A DNA stretch of 46,138 bases. Source: Minisyncoccota bacterium (GTDB lineage: Bacteria > Patescibacteriota > Minisyncoccia > Phycocordibacterales > UBA9973). The stretch covers positions 1 to 46,138 of the forward strand of contig DASZSN010000028.1 of the NCBI GenBank assembly GCA_035548655.1. The letters are read 5' to 3'. A program made the translations under genes and the position numbers. Positions within the stretch are counted from its first letter, which is position 1. Each line of letters starts with the position of its first letter. Under the pieces are notes generated by a model. The model made no database searches. It was given only the letters and a program-made list of their open reading frames with translations, and was not told where the DNA came from. Of the stretch, positions 26,345-35,420 are shown piece by piece.

Positions 26345-26836
26345 TTACGCGCTTTTCTGTTTTGCTATCTCATTCACGGCAATCGCGAGTCGCTGTATCG
26401 GACTCTTGAGGAGATACGCCAATTGTGAGAGCAGTACCTCGCGTGATGGGATGGTTGCGATGGAGAGCATCGCTTCTTTTGTTTTGTATTCTCCTTCAAA
26501 GATTCCGCCGGCGATTGCGAGCATGTCTTTGTTGGTCTTTTGAAATTCGTACACTTCGCGAGCAGGCGCGATTTGATCCGTGCCATACGCGATTGCGATT
26601 TCACCGGAAAGCTCCGGGAGCTCGCCCTTATAGCCACGTTCATTGAGTACGCGGGTGAGAAGTGTTTTCTTCCCTACTTTGTAGCCAACGCCGGCACCGG
26701 TGAGCTTGCGACGAAGCGCGTTTGCCGCTTTGACGGTGAGTCCTTTGAATTGGACGAACACCACGGTTTCAGCGCCTTTGAGAATATCAGAAAAAGAAGC
26801 GACAATCTGTCCTTTTTTCTCTTTTGAAATTGCCAT
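26345..26836 (-). CDS. rplJ: 50S ribosomal protein L10
   Basis: The sequence [45 protein letters not shown]...GKKTL is the L10 signature. The gene lies immediately upstream of rplL. Confidence 0.95.
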   Translation of the reverse strand: MAISKEKKGQIVASFSDILKGAETVVFVQFKGLTVKAANALRRKLTGAGVGYKVGKKTLLTRVLNERGYKGELPELSGEIAIAYGTDQIAPAREVYEFQKTNKDMLAIAGGIFEGEYKTKEAMLSIATIPSREVLLSQLAYLLKSPIQRLAIAVNEIAKQKSA

Positions 26837-26944
26837 TATAGTTAGTTATCAAGTTTATAAAGTTTATACAGTTTATAAAGTAAAAGTCACCAATACTACG
26901 TGTGTTAGCTTGATAACTTGATGAACTTTACAAACTTTCAACTT
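26837..26944 (-). repeat. AAGTT-unit repeat module occupying the last 108 nt of the rplJ 5' leader
   Basis: Tandem 9-mers are aagtttata (26851-26859), aagtttata (26860-26868), cagtttata (26869-26877) and aagtaaaag (26878-26886). The inverted repeat agttatcaag (26842-26851) pairs with cttgataact (26909-26918). The 21-mer aactttacaaactttcaactt (26924-26944) is identical to 19310-19330 inside the 23S intron. Confidence 0.7.
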
Positions 26945-27050
26945 GTCGCCCTTTGCGACTGTGTAGAGAGTTTCGACCTCGGCAGGTTCTCTTTATGCGC
27001 CCCTCGCTTGCGCTCGGGGTCTGCGACCCGCTGTCTTTGATCTACACAAG
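26945..27050 (-). promoter_or_regulatory. Structured GC-rich leader, possibly an L10-leader-like autoregulatory element
   Basis: The closing helix TGTGTAGA/TCTACACA (27041-27048 with 26960-26967) encloses GC-rich hairpins with internal loops (CCCCGAGCGCAAGCGAGGGG). A small hairpin GTCGC-AAAGG-GCGAC follows. The position directly between the promoter and rplJ is as expected for the L10 leader, but the identity is not verified. Confidence 0.35.
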
Positions 27051-27054
27051 CATC

Positions 27055-27082
27055 ATCTTAGCAGAGGATTTTATTTCGTCAA
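27055..27082 (-). promoter_or_regulatory. Candidate rplJL promoter TTGACG-16-TAAGAT
   Basis: The minus strand reads gtaTTGACGaaataaaatcctctgcTAAGATgatg, immediately after the upstream terminator. Confidence 0.45.
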
Positions 27083-27085
27083 TAC

Positions 27086-27113
27086 AAATCCGCCACTATC
27101 ATGTGGCGGATTT
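27086..27113 (-). terminator. Terminator of gene 27139..27639
   Basis: aaatccgcc - 10-nt loop - ggcggattt. The stem sequence is the same as in the rRNA terminator at 18064-18087. Confidence 0.5.
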
Positions 27114-27138
27114 GCGGAAACAATCGATACAACGAGAA

Positions 27139-27639
27139 CTACTGTACGACGATCGTCGCACCAGTGTCAGTGCCATCGCAGGTCACCATGAGCGTCCCGG
27201 GGTCAAGGTTGAGCCACGAGAGCGTGTAGTGATGCGCGCCGACGGTATAGGTCTTTGGACCGATGGTGATCTTGTGCGGCGTGTCGGTGTTGTTATCCAC
27301 CATGATGGTCGTTCCTTTCAGTTGTGCTTGTTTGGTCGGGGTCATCTGACAGTTGTCATTTGCCTGAATCATCTTGTCAGCATAGGCGGCAAGAGCATCA
27401 GCGCGAGAGAGCGGGCTTGCCGACGAAGCCGTGGTGCTGTCGGTGGTACTCTCCGTTTTGTCTGTCATTTGATCGGAAGTCGTCTTGGTATCGCCACCCT
27501 TTCGAAGGTGTGGAACCACAACCAAAAGGATGAGGACGACAAGGACGATCGCTCCTGAAATAATAAGGTTTTTCTTACTGCTAGTGGGGTTCGGCACGTT
27601 TGACGGCGTGCCATTGGGATTGCTGTTATTATTTTCCAT
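27139..27639 (-). CDS. Membrane-anchored hypothetical protein (166 aa)
   Basis: An Asn/Pro-rich N-terminus is followed by one TM helix (LIISGAIVLVVLILLVVV), a Ser/Thr-rich linker and a small beta domain. Confidence 0.6.
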   Translation of the reverse strand: MENNNSNPNGTPSNVPNPTSSKKNLIISGAIVLVVLILLVVVPHLRKGGDTKTTSDQMTDKTESTTDSTTASSASPLSRADALAAYADKMIQANDNCQMTPTKQAQLKGTTIMVDNNTDTPHKITIGPKTYTVGAHHYTLSWLNLDPGTLMVTCDGTDTGATIVVQ

Positions 27640-27681
27640 ACCGGCTAGTGTATCACAGGAAAATATTTACATATTTAAAAA

Positions 27682-28980
27682 TTGTTATATAATAAAATCG
27701 TGACTAAAGACCGAACAACGGTGCTTTTTTTAGGGGATGTGATTGCGCTCGCACTCTCCCTTTTTCTTATGCTTGCAATTCGTTTTGATTTCAATGCGCA
27801 ACGAGCAGTCGTCGTATTGCAAGTAAAAATTTTTCTTTTTCTATTTGTGTTATGGCTGATAATTTTTTTTATTTTTGACCTCTACAACTTGCGTCTAGTG
27901 AATCCAAACCCTCGTAATATCGGTTTACTTGCGATCGCCATCGTCACCGCTTCCCTTGCGAGTGTTTTAGTATTTTATATTTCGGCATATAACGGGATAA
28001 CACCAAAGACAAATTTGGCGATTGTTGCTGTTATTGCATTTGTTCTCTTAGTTTTTTGGCGACGATTGTACTATACGCTCTTCTCTTCACGATTTGTCCA
28101 GCGGATAGCGGTGATCGGGGAAGGTCCCGCGGTTGATCACCTACTTACAGATATGAAAAAAAATCCGCATATAGGGAAAGTCATCCACGTTCAGAAAAAA
28201 TATACGGATGCCACTGACATACCGTCAATCGATATATTAATCGCCCACAATGTCGACCTCGAAGGATTGTTCTATGTTTCAAGAGAAAAAGACTGTGAGA
28301 TTTTTTCGTTGTTTGAGGCATATGAAGCGCTTTTGGGAAAGATACCAATCACGTTGATGGATGACGAAAAAGCGGTAGAGGTACTTACTAGGAAAAATAT
28401 GCTTACTTATCGATTCATTGGACGATCCTTCGAGATTATCATCGCGCTCATCGTTATTGCTCTCTCTTCTCCCTTTTTGATTCTTGCAATCTGCGCAATA
28501 CTCATCGAAGATGGGAGACCCATTTTTATTCGTCAAAAACGTGTCGGAAAAAATGGCAAACAATTTCTACTCTACAAACTACGAACGATGGTAAAAAACG
28601 CTGAGATAAATGGCGCACAGTGGGCAGACAAAAAAGATCCGCGCGTGACTCGTGTGGGACGCATCTTACGCAAGACACACCTCGATGAAGTGCCACAGAT
28701 GATAAATATTTTAAAAGGCGATATCGCACTCATCGGCCCACGACCGGAACGGCCAGAGTTCGTCCATGAACTCGAGAAAGCCATCCCCTATTATTTCCTT
28801 CGCCACACGGTAAAGCCCGGGTTTACCGGCTGGGCGCAAATCAAGTTTCGCTATGCACGAAACATCGATGATGCAAAAGAAAAGTTTGAGTACGATCTCT
28901 TTTATTTGCTCAAGAGAAATCCGTTACTCAATCTTGGTATCACATTAAAGACTGTGCAGATTATTTTTACGCATCAATGA
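27682..28980 (+). CDS. Polyprenyl-phosphate glycosylphosphotransferase (bacterial sugar transferase, WbaP/EpsL-like initiating enzyme)
   Basis: N-terminal TM helices are followed by the C-terminal signature [24 protein letters not shown]......[42 protein letters not shown]....[17 protein letters not shown]. The start is uncertain: TTG at 27682 in the track, or possibly GTG at 27700. Confidence 0.88.
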   Translation: MLYNKIVTKDRTTVLFLGDVIALALSLFLMLAIRFDFNAQRAVVVLQVKIFLFLFVLWLIIFFIFDLYNLRLVNPNPRNIGLLAIAIVTASLASVLVFYISAYNGITPKTNLAIVAVIAFVLLVFWRRLYYTLFSSRFVQRIAVIGEGPAVDHLLTDMKKNPHIGKVIHVQKKYTDATDIPSIDILIAHNVDLEGLFYVSREKDCEIFSLFEAYEALLGKIPITLMDDEKAVEVLTRKNMLTYRFIGRSFEIIIALIVIALSSPFLILAICAILIEDGRPIFIRQKRVGKNGKQFLLYKLRTMVKNAEINGAQWADKKDPRVTRVGRILRKTHLDEVPQMINILKGDIALIGPRPERPEFVHELEKAIPYYFLRHTVKPGFTGWAQIKFRYARNIDDAKEKFEYDLFYLLKRNPLLNLGITLKTVQIIFTHQ

Positions 28981-29948
28981 ATACCGTTCCCTATTACGCC
29001 TATAAAGTGAAGCATGTCATTCTCAGTTGGGTAGTTGCTTTTTTTTCAAAACGCGTCAGCCTCACACAAAGTGGCAGCTATGAACTGCGCAGAGGAGAAT
29101 TTCCAGGAAACATTGTCGCCGTTCGATTTGCATTTGACAATCGACTCATGCACCTTGGGGATCAATTATTTCACTTGGGGACAATGCGCGCATTAATTCA
29201 ATCGGGCATCGATACCGCAATTGTTGGACCAACGCCACTCGCGCCACTTTTTGATAGATTGGGAATCAGAGTGACAACCTCAACAGACGTTGAGAAACTC
29301 CCTGGTGTTTTAATTATTACAAAAAAAGAATTGTTCTGGCAAACCACTCGATCATTTCCCCAAGCATCTGCCCTGTGTCTAAATTATAAATCACTCGGCG
29401 ATCTTCGTATTGGAGATTTTATCCATTCCGAAGTCTGTCGTATTTTTAAAGAGGTAAAAAAAGACCCAATTCAACCACTTAGTACCGATCTCTGGAAGCT
29501 TCCTACTTTTCCTCTGCATGCAAATACATCATTTGCCAGCAAACATACTAACTGCATTATTTTTAACGATTTTGTTGCCTCCGGCTTTTTAGGGATTGCC
29601 AAACAACGAAAACATTTACACAACATCGCACAAGAACAGAAGAAGGAACACATGGCTCATTGTGTCTATGTCGGAAGTGCCAAAGAGGCATGTACCAGCG
29701 CTCCGTTATTTATTGATAGCGACCTGCGTGGAAAACTTTCTCTTATGGAACTCATTGAACGTATTGCTGACTCTACAGTTGTGGCGGTAATCTCTTTTGA
29801 TACGTTTATTGCGCATCTCGCTTGTTTATATGGAAAAAACGCAACAATCGTTCCACGCCGACGTACGTGGAAAAGCTGGATCAAAAAGCATTTCTTCCCT
29901 ATGAGCGTATTTGCTCCTGAAACCATCGTTGAGATCAATAGCCTATGA
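28977..29948 (+). CDS. Probable GT9-family (heptosyltransferase-like) glycosyltransferase
   Basis: The N-terminal HLGDQLFHLGTMRAL and the C-terminal LSLMELIERIADSTVVAVISFDTFIAHLACLYGKNATIV resemble the GT9 pattern (..L.eL..li..a.l.I..DSG..HLA.A.G.p). The start overlaps the upstream stop by 4 nt. Confidence 0.55.
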   Translation: MNTVPYYAYKVKHVILSWVVAFFSKRVSLTQSGSYELRRGEFPGNIVAVRFAFDNRLMHLGDQLFHLGTMRALIQSGIDTAIVGPTPLAPLFDRLGIRVTTSTDVEKLPGVLIITKKELFWQTTRSFPQASALCLNYKSLGDLRIGDFIHSEVCRIFKEVKKDPIQPLSTDLWKLPTFPLHANTSFASKHTNCIIFNDFVASGFLGIAKQRKHLHNIAQEQKKEHMAHCVYVGSAKEACTSAPLFIDSDLRGKLSLMELIERIADSTVVAVISFDTFIAHLACLYGKNATIVPRRRTWKSWIKKHFFPMSVFAPETIVEINSL

Positions 29949-30763
29949 CAACACTGCGAATGAATAAAGCCGTCGTCGATCTTGATTGGGGTGATGGAAT
30001 CACACTCCCAATTGTTGTCGGCGTTGAGTTTAGTGATGATGTTTCATTTTTTACATTAGAAAAAAACAGTCAGGCGGTACGCGCTGTTTGTGTCGAACAT
30101 GTCATTGGTCATAACACCGAACACTCAGTGCTTGATGTTGAGCTACATCAAATTCGCGGCGTGCTGGATATGACGAACAGTATTCACAATTTAACACTCC
30201 ACCGAAAACAACTGCTCACCGTAACAAGTGATGGTTCTCTGCTTGATTTTGTCTCACGGTATGTGTTTCCAAAAGAAATGTTTACCACTGCACAAATCGG
30301 GGATGTCACAATAGAACATCGAGGGGTAAATGTTTATTACCAGTACCACGCCAATCACCAAGTGAAACTTTTTGGTCCAAAGGGAGAAGTCTGCATCCAA
30401 TTGCACGGGTGGAGTGGAGAAGGATTTCAGCCGTTTATTTATGTTCGAGACGAACCGACTCGATGGATTGTGCATATACGACTACTTCCGATACGAGCAA
30501 CGAAAAATCAGGTGGTGGTGAAATACAACAGTCGCTGGTATAACAAAGCCCTTCCTCCATTCATCCAGCGCATCATTCCGACATTCATTAAAAATAAGTT
30601 GTTATATCAAGGAGAACGAAAACGACCGTGGACATTTATTGAGAAACTTTTCTATTATCTCTTTCCCTTTTCCGCATACCCGCTTGGAGAAGTAGCACGA
30701 TCAACGATTCTCAGCATTGACTCGTCTTGCTCATTTATTGCAAATGAGTCGATGACTCCGTAA
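29945..30763 (+). CDS. Hypothetical protein (272 aa), no recognisable domain, third gene of the + strand glycan operon
   Basis: The start overlaps the upstream stop by 4 nt. The composition is coding-like. I recognised no motif. Confidence 0.6.
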   Translation: MTTLRMNKAVVDLDWGDGITLPIVVGVEFSDDVSFFTLEKNSQAVRAVCVEHVIGHNTEHSVLDVELHQIRGVLDMTNSIHNLTLHRKQLLTVTSDGSLLDFVSRYVFPKEMFTTAQIGDVTIEHRGVNVYYQYHANHQVKLFGPKGEVCIQLHGWSGEGFQPFIYVRDEPTRWIVHIRLLPIRATKNQVVVKYNSRWYNKALPPFIQRIIPTFIKNKLLYQGERKRPWTFIEKLFYYLFPFSAYPLGEVARSTILSIDSSCSFIANESMTP

Positions 30764-31675
30764 AAACAACGCTCCAGCAAATGGCGCGTAGTCATAGTAA
30801 TTATTGTATGACTCCCAATACTGTTTCTCTTCACCGTCGACAAGGACAAGTGGAAGTGGCATACCATCCGCTCGATGATGGGCTTCGATGAACGCAAGAA
30901 TATGGTCAAGCATCCGAAGATACCGTTCGTCGCTTGAATACGCATAGCCGACAGAAAATGCATAGATGAGTGCTGCGTATCCGAAGAGTTGTTTTTTCCC
31001 GCGACCGACAGCAATAACCTCACCGTTTTTTTTATAAGATTCCATTACAAAAAAGAGCCCGTCAAAAAAAACTTTTTTGAAAAAATTCTTTTTTGTCACA
31101 TTCCACAGATCAGCAAGCATAACAAGCATAAAGGCATGATATTGATCTGACCGGTAAGCCTCACGTCTGTCCTTTAGGATCATACGCCCGAGGCGCCGAT
31201 CGAGAAGCAGACCGCCTTTGAGCCGATTTATACGAACTACAAGCACGGCAATGAAGATAAGCGCATTTCGACGCACACCAGAAGCGGTGATGATACGCAA
31301 TAAAAGTCTCAGCAGTATCCAATTTGTCGGCTTTTGTCGTATTGCACGAAGCAGTGGTATGTTCTCCTGAATCGCTCCGTTGATAAGGTAATGAGCGTAA
31401 AGAATGAACTCGTTGTGGTCTTTGACTTCTTGATACTCTCTTTTCTTTTCCTCCATCGCGGCAAGAGCCTTTGTGGAAAGTGCCGATTCACCAAGATACG
31501 ACCAGAGTGTCGCCGCATACGCTTCTCCATAGAATGTTCTCGAAGAAAATCCGTGTTGACCAAATTCTTTCTTGAGCCAGTCGGAAAGCGATACACCGAG
31601 AAAATACATCCTTTTGCATATCTCTTTTGTCTGCATTACCATAGGGATAGCGAAACTATACCATGGATACCCCAC
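30731..31675 (-). CDS. Hypothetical protein (up to 314 aa), helical-repeat-like, no recognisable domain
   Basis: This is a long ORF with aromatic-rich helical segments (YGEAYAATLWSYLGE, FGYAALIYAFSVGYAYSSDERYL). The true start may be an internal Met (31642 or 31636), because ATG 31675 overlaps the divergent GT2 start. The 3' end overlaps the convergent gene by 33 nt. Confidence 0.6.
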   Translation of the reverse strand: MGYPWYSFAIPMVMQTKEICKRMYFLGVSLSDWLKKEFGQHGFSSRTFYGEAYAATLWSYLGESALSTKALAAMEEKKREYQEVKDHNEFILYAHYLINGAIQENIPLLRAIRQKPTNWILLRLLLRIITASGVRRNALIFIAVLVVRINRLKGGLLLDRRLGRMILKDRREAYRSDQYHAFMLVMLADLWNVTKKNFFKKVFFDGLFFVMESYKKNGEVIAVGRGKKQLFGYAALIYAFSVGYAYSSDERYLRMLDHILAFIEAHHRADGMPLPLVLVDGEEKQYWESYNNYYDYAPFAGALFLRSHRLICNK

Positions 31676-32439
31676 CCCTCGTGAGCATCATCGTGACGGC
31701 ACGAAATGTTGAAAAATACGTGTCCGATCTCTATAAAGGTCTTCGTTCACAAACAGAGCAACGCTGGGAAGCGATTGTCGTCGATGACGGTTCAACCGAT
31801 GGGACAGCGGATCGTTTCGAGGCATTACAAAGAGAAGATCCTCGCATTCACCTGTACCGAGAAAATCATATTGGAAGGATACCGGCACTTCATCGCGCCC
31901 TTGATAATGCGACAGGAGCATACATTGCCATTCATGATGCCGACGATATCTCATGTGCGCAAAGGATTGAAAAACAAGTTCATTTTTTGGAGCACCACCC
32001 GAAAGTGGGTATGGTTGGCTCGTTTGCTTCCGTCATAGACGCATCGGGAACTCCCACTGGTAATGTCATCACCGCGCCGACAACGCATCGCGATATCAGG
32101 CGTGTCATCATTCGATACAATCCATTCGTGCACAGCTCGGTAATGTTCCGCAAAGAAGCGCTTTTTACAAACGGCGTGTCGCCATATTCGCAGCGATTTA
32201 TTCCCGGTTTTGAATGGGAAGTGTATGTACACGTAATGAAGAAATGGGAAGTAGCGAACATTCCTGAATGTCTGGTGTCATACCGAATACATGAGACAAA
32301 TCTCACAAAATCCCGAAGTGCGATAAAACGACTCCTTAACACAACACGAGCTCGCTGGTATGTATTCAAGACGCTCAAACTACCATGGTATCACTTCCCT
32401 TTTATTTTCTCGGGTGTACGAGACATCCTTCATTGCTAG
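31663..32439 (+). CDS. GT2-family glycosyltransferase
   Basis: Supporting motifs are VSIIVTARNVEKYV....VVDDGSTDGT....IAIHDADDIS (the GT-A fold DxD region). Confidence 0.88.
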   Translation: MDTPPLVSIIVTARNVEKYVSDLYKGLRSQTEQRWEAIVVDDGSTDGTADRFEALQREDPRIHLYRENHIGRIPALHRALDNATGAYIAIHDADDISCAQRIEKQVHFLEHHPKVGMVGSFASVIDASGTPTGNVITAPTTHRDIRRVIIRYNPFVHSSVMFRKEALFTNGVSPYSQRFIPGFEWEVYVHVMKKWEVANIPECLVSYRIHETNLTKSRSAIKRLLNTTRARWYVFKTLKLPWYHFPFIFSGVRDILHC

Positions 32440-33486
32440 ATGATGCGCAAGTGCAAGGAATTCTCTGTCGAGCACAACGTTCATTTCATAAAGGCGAGCA
32501 ATATCCACTGCCTGTTGGCATGCACGGGCACGTATGGGTAAATACTCTTTCATGCATTGTTCAAGTGCGATGATGAGTCCTTCTGCGTCAGAAAAAATTG
32601 TTACTGACTCCTCCAATTCTCGTGGACAGGCAGGGAGATGTACGATCGAAGGAATACCAGCAGAAAGTGCCTCAAGTAACGACAACGGACTTGCCTCGAA
32701 TCGTGATGAAAGCACAAACACATGCGCATGGTCGCGCATATATGACAATACAACATCGCGGTCCTTCCAACCATGGTATGTGATGATGGAATCGCTGTTG
32801 CCATCAACGCCAAATATCTCAAGTTGAATTGATGTTCCCTTATGAGCGATTGCACGCACTGCATTCGTCACCCATTGCAGTTGTTTGATACGATCATCGC
32901 GTCCGATCCAGACCACTGTAAAAGGTTCTTTTTCCGGGGTATATGTCTTTTGTAGCGGCACAGTTGGAGATGTAATGAAGTTAGTACTTGCAATATATTT
33001 TTTACTATTATGTCGATCAAAAAATGCATCCGCCTTTCGCGAAGCCGAAACGATAAAGGCAATTTTTTTCAGAACAATACGAGTGTACCAATAGATGGGT
33101 GTGTACAAAAACATGGACACAGTTCGGAGTGACGCTCGCATGCAATCAAGATCAGCGGGTTCTCGATAAACGAGTTTTTGAAACGCCGCTCCATATAACC
33201 CAATGCTATGCGAAATCACAAGATCGACATCTCGGATATCTCTACGAAAAAAAAGTGGTGCAATAAGATTGTTGAATGCTACGAACTTTTTTGGGAGTAC
33301 GCGCGGAACAGAGCTATAGTGGAACAAACTATCATTGGGCACCTGATCACGAAAAAGTCCTATCGTCACTGAAACTCCCCTTCCTTGCAGGTAGTGCGCG
33401 ATACCGAGAAGCACCTGCTCAGCACCACCGCGCCATCCTCCCTGCCAGATAAAAACTTTTTTTATTGGACTTTTATTGTATTTCAT
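32380..33486 (-). CDS. GT4-family (group 1) glycosyltransferase
   Basis: The C-terminal region reads ...VFVLSSRFEASPLSLLEALSAGIPSIV (the E-x7-E region of GT-B retaining enzymes). The N-terminus has GGWRGGAEQV. Confidence 0.85.
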   Translation of the reverse strand: MKYNKSPIKKVFIWQGGWRGGAEQVLLGIAHYLQGRGVSVTIGLFRDQVPNDSLFHYSSVPRVLPKKFVAFNNLIAPLFFRRDIRDVDLVISHSIGLYGAAFQKLVYREPADLDCMRASLRTVSMFLYTPIYWYTRIVLKKIAFIVSASRKADAFFDRHNSKKYIASTNFITSPTVPLQKTYTPEKEPFTVVWIGRDDRIKQLQWVTNAVRAIAHKGTSIQLEIFGVDGNSDSIITYHGWKDRDVVLSYMRDHAHVFVLSSRFEASPLSLLEALSAGIPSIVHLPACPRELEESVTIFSDAEGLIIALEQCMKEYLPIRARACQQAVDIARLYEMNVVLDREFLALAHHLAMKDVSYTRENKREVIPW

Positions 33487-34360
33487 ACCGCAATGCCTCT
33501 ATAAAACTACCGAATAAATTTTCCCGCCATATGATTGATCGAATACTAGTTTCAAAAAACGAAAAAATGATGATCGGCACGTGGTACAAGGGTAAGAAGT
33601 GTTTTTTAAAAAAATAAAACTTGTGCGTGAGATAAAAAAAATACCAACGACATCGATCGTGCTCACGATTCCCCCCGGCGGATGCCTGAAGATGGACAAG
33701 AGAAAACGACGAAATATACCAGAGTTGCACTTTATTTTCCCGCTCAACGGATAGGCTGAAATCAGCATCATCGAGATACCCATTCCCCATTCCAAGGGTC
33801 GGGTCAAACCGCACCGTTGCGCAACAACTTCTTTTAACAACCATCATACAACCAGGAAGATGATGTACACGCTTTGGATGGGAGTAAACAATGTCAAACC
33901 CTCCCGACAAATACCCAAGCAGTGGGAAGATAGCGCCCGGAGTGATCCATGAAAAAAATCTTGCAAATGAGGACGAACGTATTGGCCGATGTCTCTCAAT
34001 ACGACAAGAAAATACATCGTAGTGTTCGACGTACTTTGAAACATTCATGAGAAAATCACGGCTGAGCAGTACATCATCGTCCAAAAAGATCAGATGCGTT
34101 CCTTGTGCTTGATCAATTGCTTTATTGCGCGCAACGGAAGAATTGAGACGAGAAGATGAAGCGATGTAACGGATGGAAAGCGCTTGTTCGTATGATCTGA
34201 TAATTGCCTCGGTTTCTTTTTCACCTCCGTCATTTACCACCACCACTTCAAACCGCGGGCTTTGCACATCTAGTGACACAAGATTAGCAAGCACTTGCTT
34301 GATAAGTGTCGGTCGATTAAATGTTACGATGATGATTGAAAATTGTGGGTGGCTATTCAT
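33473..34360 (-). CDS. GT2-family glycosyltransferase
   Basis: Supporting motifs are FSIIIVTFNRPTLIKQ...VVVNDGGEKET...LIFLDDDVLL. The preferred start is ATG 34360 (MNSHPQF), which overlaps the upstream stop by 8 nt. The ORF is open to 34420. Confidence 0.85.
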   Translation of the reverse strand: MNSHPQFSIIIVTFNRPTLIKQVLANLVSLDVQSPRFEVVVVNDGGEKETEAIIRSYEQALSIRYIASSSRLNSSVARNKAIDQAQGTHLIFLDDDVLLSRDFLMNVSKYVEHYDVFSCRIERHRPIRSSSFARFFSWITPGAIFPLLGYLSGGFDIVYSHPKRVHHLPGCMMVVKRSCCATVRFDPTLGMGNGYLDDADFSLSVERENKVQLWYISSFSLVHLQASAGGNREHDRCRWYFFYLTHKFYFFKKHFLPLYHVPIIIFSFFETSIRSIIWRENLFGSFIEALRYEIQ

Positions 34361-35420
34361 AGAGTGATTGATACACAGCATTTGTTTGTTGCGCCACATT
34401 CTTCCATGAATATTGTTCACGAAGTGTCTCCATTAGTTGCCGTTGCCGATCATAGAGATGACGATCGGTGATAAGGCACTTCATGGCAGTAGCAAGTGCG
34501 ACAGGGTCATTCGGGGGAACATATATTCCTTGTGATTGCGTATATTCAACAAATGGCTCAAGTGCCGTCATGATTGTCGGCGTACCAGCAGCAATCGCTG
34601 CGCTCAATATACCAGACATGGTAACACGACGATACGGCAAAAGTACTGCATCAGCGACCTGAAAAAACGTCTCGTACTTCTTGTCAGAAATGAATGCTCC
34701 TTCGATGGATACGATAGCTTCGAGGTGTTTTTCCCTCACCAGACGCATGAGTCCATCATAGTAGTTTCGATTGTAGATTTTCCCTACGATATGAAGCCGA
34801 GCACGTACTCCTTGGTCACGCAATATTTCAATCGCTCTAATGGCACTATCACATCCTTTCCATGGAGCAATGAAACCGATTTGGAGGAAGGAAAAAATCA
34901 CTTTTGGCGAGCGTGGCGATGGCTGTATGGAGATGGCAGAAGAAACGCCATGACGGATGACCGTTGTTTTTTTCTGTTGTCGGAGAGAAAGCAGATGCTT
35001 GTGGTACATCGAATGTACAATAAGATGACTGGCGAGACAATAATGCATCCGCGCAAGAGCGTCGAGTATCAACCGCAACGGTCCGTTATTTTTCGCCTCG
35101 TGTATGGTTAAAACAACCCTTGTTCCTGTCACGCGAGCAAATAAAAGTATCGGGAGCAAATGATACAAATATAGGGAAGGAACATAGTGAATATGAACAA
35201 TATCAGCGCGTAAAAGACGGATGCCCTTTAACACAATGATTTTTATCGGAGCAAAGAAACGAGAACGATACCGTAAATAGTTCCACGGAAGTATTGACAA
35301 GTGTATATCTGGGAAGGCCGTAGAAAGCGCGCGAGTGAGGAATTCAACATAGTAACGAATTCCATCTTCTGCGGGGGCGGCAGGAGCAATAACAATCAAA
35401 TGTTTTTTATATGATGCCAT
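34353..35420 (-). CDS. GT4-family (group 1) glycosyltransferase
   Basis: The sequence has HIHYVPS..., ...LLPYRRVTMSGILSAAIAAGTPTIMT... and the GT-B C-terminal domain. The preferred start is ATG 35420 (MASYKKHLIVI). The ORF is open to 35495. Confidence 0.85.
   Translation of the reverse strand: MASYKKHLIVIAPAAPAEDGIRYYVEFLTRALSTAFPDIHLSILPWNYLRYRSRFFAPIKIIVLKGIRLLRADIVHIHYVPSLYLYHLLPILLFARVTGTRVVLTIHEAKNNGPLRLILDALARMHYCLASHLIVHSMYHKHLLSLRQQKKTTVIRHGVSSAISIQPSPRSPKVIFSFLQIGFIAPWKGCDSAIRAIEILRDQGVRARLHIVGKIYNRNYYDGLMRLVREKHLEAIVSIEGAFISDKKYETFFQVADAVLLPYRRVTMSGILSAAIAAGTPTIMTALEPFVEYTQSQGIYVPPNDPVALATAMKCLITDRHLYDRQRQLMETLREQYSWKNVAQQTNAVYQSLYE

Noticed and set aside
26851-26886. CRISPR-like or tandem array
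   Set aside because: There are only about 3.5 copies of a 9-bp unit with no spacers, and no cas genes anywhere in the window. It belongs to the AAGTT-unit repeat family, not to a CRISPR array.
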